DNA from: an uncultured Fibrobacterota bacterium
GTDB lineage: Bacteria; Fibrobacterota; OXYB2-FULL-49-7; CAYNYI01
Direction of reading: 5' to 3'
Length of the DNA stretch: 64,000 nt
Assembly: GCA_964401455.1 (NCBI GenBank)
Contig: CAYNYI010000001.1
Coordinates: forward strand, 1,245-65,244
A program made the translations under genes and the position numbers. The notes beneath the pieces are model-generated. The model saw nothing but the letters and a program-made list of their open reading frames with translations, was not told the origin of the DNA and searched no databases. Shown piece after piece: positions 59,731 through 64,000 of this stretch (the first letter of the stretch is position 1; each line of letters opens with the position of its first letter).

Positions 59731-62052
59731 TTTCTGCATTAAAATTTTTTTTAAAACAGATTTTTCTTTGTTCTGAAATTTCGCTATGTAAATTCCGGAA
59801 GACATTCCTTCTGCAGTCCATGTAAAAGAGTATGGTATCTTGTTAGGAACAAAAGTTTTTAAAATTCTGCCTTTTGTGTTCATAATATTTATTCTTGAAT
59901 CAGGAGCATTAATATCCTTACCGGAAACTATTATTTTTACCGATGGGTTAAAAGGATTCGGAAATGCACTTATTGTAACTTCTTCTTCAGGATTTACAGA
60001 ATTATCTTTGCTTATTGAAAGCACAGAACTGTTCGGTACAGATAATTCAATATATTTGTTTTTTACTGTACCTGTAATATCTAAGCTTCTTTCGGAAGCC
60101 GAAGCAGCCTGGAATTCATAGGTTTTTTCCATTCCGTTTTCTTCATAACAGTATCGAACATTTACAGGGTCGTTAAAGGAATTCTGCTCCTGGTAGGCAG
60201 CGTGTATCATAACTTCGTTTACCGCATGAGAGTTTCCATGAAATTTTATAAAAAACTCATTGCCGTAACCGTTTAAAATACCGGTTGTATCTCTGTACTG
60301 CAGCCAATGTCTTGTCCAGGAAGGGCTTTTAACAAAATCATATGCCAGAGAGTAAGAGTTGCCGTCGTTTGAGACTGAAATATTATAGTCCTTTTCCGAT
60401 GTCCATGGAAGAACGGAATAAGAAGCCGCCGTATTGAACCACTTGAACGAAGAGTTTTCCGGAGCCTCAATTTTAAATGTTATGTCACCGTAAACCTTTT
60501 CCATCAAATCGTATGGTTTATATGTTCCGGAAAATGATTCTATCATCGGGTTAGTGTGCGCTGAATCATTGAGTATAACCGGATATCTGACAGGAACAGT
60601 ATTCATTCCTTTGACATCTCCGTTTAGGTACCCGATTGTATTCGTTCCGGTTTTCAGTCTTGGCAGAGACATCGGGGCAACGGACAACCATGTTTCTGTG
60701 TTGAAAGAATTAAGCCCTGCCTGCCCCGCTGTTCCGACAAACGAAAATTTAACTAAATATTCATACATTCCGTAACACTCGGATGTAAGGTCCTCGGAAT
60801 TAGAAAGGTCCGCACCCGACGCCAGCTCAGTCCATGAATGACCGAAATTTTTACTGAACTGCACAGTGGTATTACCTGATGTTTGATAGCTGAGCACGAC
60901 TCCGTCATGATAGCCGTTTAGATCGGCAAGATCTGCGCCCGGTTTTCCAATAAACAGATATGGAGAATATGTCCGAAAAATTATAAACCCTGAGCCGTCA
61001 TTTTCAAGAACAGGGCCTTCTGTCCCAAAAACGATATTGCTGTCCCTGAATATTCCGTCAGAATAATCGCTCTCGTAGCTTAGATCCGGTTGATACTTAA
61101 GAACACCTATTCCGGTAGTGTTAACGCTTCCTCCGTTTTCCGGGGCAACCCATGGTTTGGGGCCGTAAGGTTCTTTGTTGTGGATTTCTTCGAGCTCCTG
61201 AGCGCGCGCCGCCCAATAAGAGTTTTCATTTTCTGTATCCAGCCGCTCTCTTATCATAAAAACCCTTTGGCTGTCCGATTGCCAATACCTGCGCAGAGAC
61301 TCGCCTCTCCTCAGAACAAAGTCCATTGTGTGACAGGTATACCATTGTTTATTATATCTTTCATAATAAGGAGGATTATTGTTCCTTTTCTGATAAGATG
61401 TGTCCGCAAAATTTTTAAACATTTCGAGAGTTATCATTCCCACGTCCTTGAGGGAATCAGGATAAGGAAAATACGGAAAAATACCATGTGGATTGTTGTC
61501 CATAATTGACGGGTTTTCTCCAATCTCAAGCCAGGAAGGAATATGACCGTCCGCCTCTTTTACATAGCCTCTTTGTTCCGGATCAAAATAATGCCAGTCT
61601 CCGTCATAGTGGACCTCAATCATTGTATGCCAGCTGCCGTATCCTCCGCAAACCAGAGAATCGAACATTCCTGTTGCTTCGAGCATTCCGGCGTATGCGG
61701 GGTTTACATGAAAACAAAGGCCGTATCCATATGAGTTGAAAAGTTCTATCGGGTCTCTAATCAGTAAATGAGAAACTCTTTCGTTGCTGCTATAGTCGCT
61801 CTTATTGTCAACCCAGCGGTTTTCTTCACGGGCATCAGCAAAATGATAAAAACCGGTAACGGAATCAGCAAAGTAATTATGAACAGCTTCCGCAAGCTCC
61901 TGACCGGTTTTACCGCTGAAGCCGGGGTGTTCCAGAAAATTTTGGTAATCTCCGCTTAAATCGGCAGTATGTTGCGTAAGAATTTTCGGCGAGTAGGCTT
62001 TCGAAAAAACCTGAAACGAAAAAATCAATATCAAAATTATAAATGCTCTCAT
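59728..62052 (-). CDS. secreted transglutaminase-like protein with C-terminal T9SS (Por_Secre_tail-type) sorting domain
   Basis: Signal peptide (MRAFIILILIFSFQVFSKA). Cys/His/Asp core (GLCFHVNPAYAG...GYGSWHTMIEVHYDGDWHYFDPE). C-terminal ~80 aa ISAFPNPFNPSVKI...SGIYIAKF resembles the T9SS type A CTD. Confidence 0.65.
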   Translation of the reverse strand: MRAFIILILIFSFQVFSKAYSPKILTQHTADLSGDYQNFLEHPGFSGKTGQELAEAVHNYFADSVTGFYHFADAREENRWVDNKSDYSSNERVSHLLIRDPIELFNSYGYGLCFHVNPAYAGMLEATGMFDSLVCGGYGSWHTMIEVHYDGDWHYFDPEQRGYVKEADGHIPSWLEIGENPSIMDNNPHGIFPYFPYPDSLKDVGMITLEMFKNFADTSYQKRNNNPPYYERYNKQWYTCHTMDFVLRRGESLRRYWQSDSQRVFMIRERLDTENENSYWAARAQELEEIHNKEPYGPKPWVAPENGGSVNTTGIGVLKYQPDLSYESDYSDGIFRDSNIVFGTEGPVLENDGSGFIIFRTYSPYLFIGKPGADLADLNGYHDGVVLSYQTSGNTTVQFSKNFGHSWTELASGADLSNSEDLTSECYGMYEYLVKFSFVGTAGQAGLNSFNTETWLSVAPMSLPRLKTGTNTIGYLNGDVKGMNTVPVRYPVILNDSAHTNPMIESFSGTYKPYDLMEKVYGDITFKIEAPENSSFKWFNTAASYSVLPWTSEKDYNISVSNDGNSYSLAYDFVKSPSWTRHWLQYRDTTGILNGYGNEFFIKFHGNSHAVNEVMIHAAYQEQNSFNDPVNVRYCYEENGMEKTYEFQAASASERSLDITGTVKNKYIELSVPNSSVLSISKDNSVNPEEEVTISAFPNPFNPSVKIIVSGKDINAPDSRINIMNTKGRILKTFVPNKIPYSFTWTAEGMSSGIYIAKFQNKEKSVLKKILMQK

Positions 62053-62067
62053 TTTTATTTCCTTTCT

Positions 62068-62151
62068 AAATCGATCTATTTTTAGTAAAAACGCTTCGAT
62101 TACTTAAAATATATATAGATTCCCCAGAAAATCAAAAAAATAGATCGATTT
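62068..62151. repeat. 16-bp perfect inverted repeat (AAATCGATCTATTTTT ... AAAAATAGATCGATTT) with 52-bp loop
   Basis: Arms at 62068-62083 and 62136-62151 in the divergent intergenic region. Confidence 0.6.
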
Positions 62152-62325
62152 TATTATTTAATTGTGATTTATATCACAACATTATGGAAAAATTTTTTTT
62201 ATATTATAAGCTTGAAAACTGTTGCAATTGGGGGTAAAAATAAAGTTCTTTATATTATAGACTAGAAACCGTTAAAACAATCTAATCATAGATGATAGTT
62301 ATTTTAATTTTATAAGGAGTTCATT

Positions 62326-63114
62326 ATGATATACCTGAGGAGCCGTTTGTTTTTTTTAGTTATTTTTTTGTGTATAATTTCTTCTGCCGCGGAAAAACCG
62401 GAACCCGGTGTTGACTGGGTCAACAGAACCGTTACGGCAATTGGGGTAAGCGGCGATAAAGGCAACCGGGCCTCTAAAATTAGAGTGGCAAAATTGACCG
62501 CTATAAGAGACGCTCTTGAACTTGTTAAAGGAATGCCCGTAAACAGCACAACAACCGTAAAAAATCTTATGCTGGAAAGTGATGTTATAAAAACAAAAAT
62601 AAATGGATACATACAAAACTTTGAATTTGAGAATAAACCTCATTATATGAGTGACGGTACAATTGAAATCGCTGTTACTATTCCTCTTGACGGAATTATG
62701 GACCAGCTTGTTCCTTCAGAAATAGGCGACAATCCTTCAGTAAAATCCATGGAAAGCACATCCGCTCCCGGGGCTGTTTTTACCGGTATGATAATAGACG
62801 CTTCCGGACTAGAGGTAAAACCGGCCATAGCGCCCAAAATTATAGACGAAGACGGAAAGGAAATATACGGTTCTGCATATGTTTCAAGAGAATTCGCGGT
62901 AAAATATGGAATGGCAGGATATGCCAGGACCCTTGATCAGGCCAGAATAAACAAAGATCGTATCGGAGAAAAGCCGGCGGTCTTCAAGGCAACAGAAGCC
63001 CTCGGAGCCAATAAATGCGACATACGGATTTCAAATACCCAGGCTGACCAGATCAGAAGCGCAGCGGAAAACCTGAAGTTTCTTGAACAATGCAGAGTTA
63101 TAATCATACTGTAA
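62326..63114 (+). CDS. lipoprotein, tentatively LPP20/FlgP-like
   Basis: RBS AAGGAG; signal peptide; after the signal, ...VTAIGVSGDKGNRASKIRVAKLTAIRDALELVKGMPVNSTTTV resembles the LPP20/FlgP motif. Confidence 0.4.
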   Translation: MIYLRSRLFFLVIFLCIISSAAEKPEPGVDWVNRTVTAIGVSGDKGNRASKIRVAKLTAIRDALELVKGMPVNSTTTVKNLMLESDVIKTKINGYIQNFEFENKPHYMSDGTIEIAVTIPLDGIMDQLVPSEIGDNPSVKSMESTSAPGAVFTGMIIDASGLEVKPAIAPKIIDEDGKEIYGSAYVSREFAVKYGMAGYARTLDQARINKDRIGEKPAVFKATEALGANKCDIRISNTQADQIRSAAENLKFLEQCRVIIIL

Positions 63115-63133
63115 ATTTATAAAGGAGAAAATA

Positions 63134-64000
63134 TATGAAAAACCTCACATCGAAAAGCCGCGTCATAAATTTACTGTTGACACTGGCTGTAATTCTTTTT
63201 GTTGCCGGATGTGGTCCTAAAGCCCGCAGGTCCGAAGGACACATGGATACACCCCAGGTACACTACAAACAGGGAATGAAATTTTATGAGGATGGGAAAC
63301 TCGACAAAGCTCTTTCTGAATTTAATCTCGCGAAGACTCTTGATCATAAATACGGACCGGCTTATATAGGGCTTTCCCTTGTGAGCGCCCGCAAAGGCAA
63401 ATTTAAAGAGGCTTATGAATATGTGGATAAAGCGGAAAAATATGATGATGACAACCCAAAAGTTTATATTGCCGAAGGCATAATAATCACCCTTGAAAAA
63501 CAGGGAGGAAAAGATGAGGACTGGTATGAGGACGCCATAGATGCTTATGATGAGGCCTTGAAAAAAGATCCTCAGTCAGGAGAAGCTCATTACAGAAAAG
63601 GGTGGACATATAAGAAGGCCTTTATGTTTTCTAAGGCCGGAGAGGAATTCCAAAAGACGCTTGAGATTAATAAGGACTATACATCCGAAGCCGATAAAGA
63701 ATGGGCTACGGTTCAGAAAATACAAAGAGCAGCCCCCGGAACCATTGTTGGTAAAAAAATAGCCCTTATCGGCACAATCAGCCGTTCCGATATTGCGGCC
63801 CTTTTTATAAATGAACTTGATGTGGTAAAGCTCATAGAAAAAAAGCGCCCAAAAAATTATGACACCGGGTTCCGTGCTCCGGAAACCGACAAAACAAAAA
63901 TGAAAACAGAGACTTCAGTTAAAAAAGAAGCCGTAACGGATGTCTCTGGGCACTGGGCTGAAAATTTTATTAAAGAAGTTGTCCGTCTTCAAATACGAGG
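63134..64000 (+). CDS. TPR-repeat lipoprotein with C-terminal SLH domain (3' partial at window end)
   Basis: RBS AAGGAG; lipobox LFVAGCGP; TPR-like repeats; SLH start motif DVSGHWAENFIKEVV at the window edge. Confidence 0.6.

Overview
This window is the chromosomal replication-origin neighbourhood of a low-GC (roughly 38-40%), Shine-Dalgarno-using bacterium. The minus strand carries rpmH-rnpA-yidD-yidC ... mnmE-mnmG-rsmG-parA-parB. The plus strand carries dnaA, an AT-rich oriC-like spacer, dnaN, an inserted secreted-protein gene, recF, a DUF721/DciA-like gene and gyrB. Lineage markers are a T9SS-type C-terminal sorting domain, a TIGR02147 (Fibrobacter-type) paralog family member, an SLH domain and a FTPDGDxxDD-type C-terminal domain. 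Together they point to an FCB-group or candidate-phylum organism rather than a Proteobacterium or Firmicute. The 5' third is a surface-glycan and sugar-nucleotide region: a sugar ABC importer, galE, a eukaryotic-type UDP-sugar pyrophosphorylase, a WecA-like fusion, a Wzi-like outer-membrane protein, gmd plus a reductase, and a WYL regulator. The middle holds signalling proteins (a 7TM histidine kinase, a CHASE2 adenylate cyclase, a pseudo-REC-HDOD-STAS protein), housekeeping genes (recN, nadK, tyrA, gatA, ligA) and a phospholipid / cell-shape block (GT2, pssA-like, psd, htrA, bactofilin, M23 peptidase) lying next to parAB. The most notable observations are these. Two essential replication genes are interrupted as sequenced: gyrB has an in-frame TAA and ligA a -1 frameshift in a homopolymer. 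An archaeal-style geranylgeranyl reductase is paired with a small 2[4Fe-4S] ferredoxin, and a UbiA-family prenyltransferase operon is also present. An EPSP-synthase-fold protein lacks the canonical catalytic residues. An orphan FlgC-like rod protein gene sits far from any flagellar cluster. A pseudo-receiver-HDOD-STAS signalling protein is encoded next to mnmE. A DnaA-box palindrome straddles the dnaA start codon, and rpmH overlaps rnpA. No CRISPR array, rRNA, tRNA or obvious mobile element was seen.
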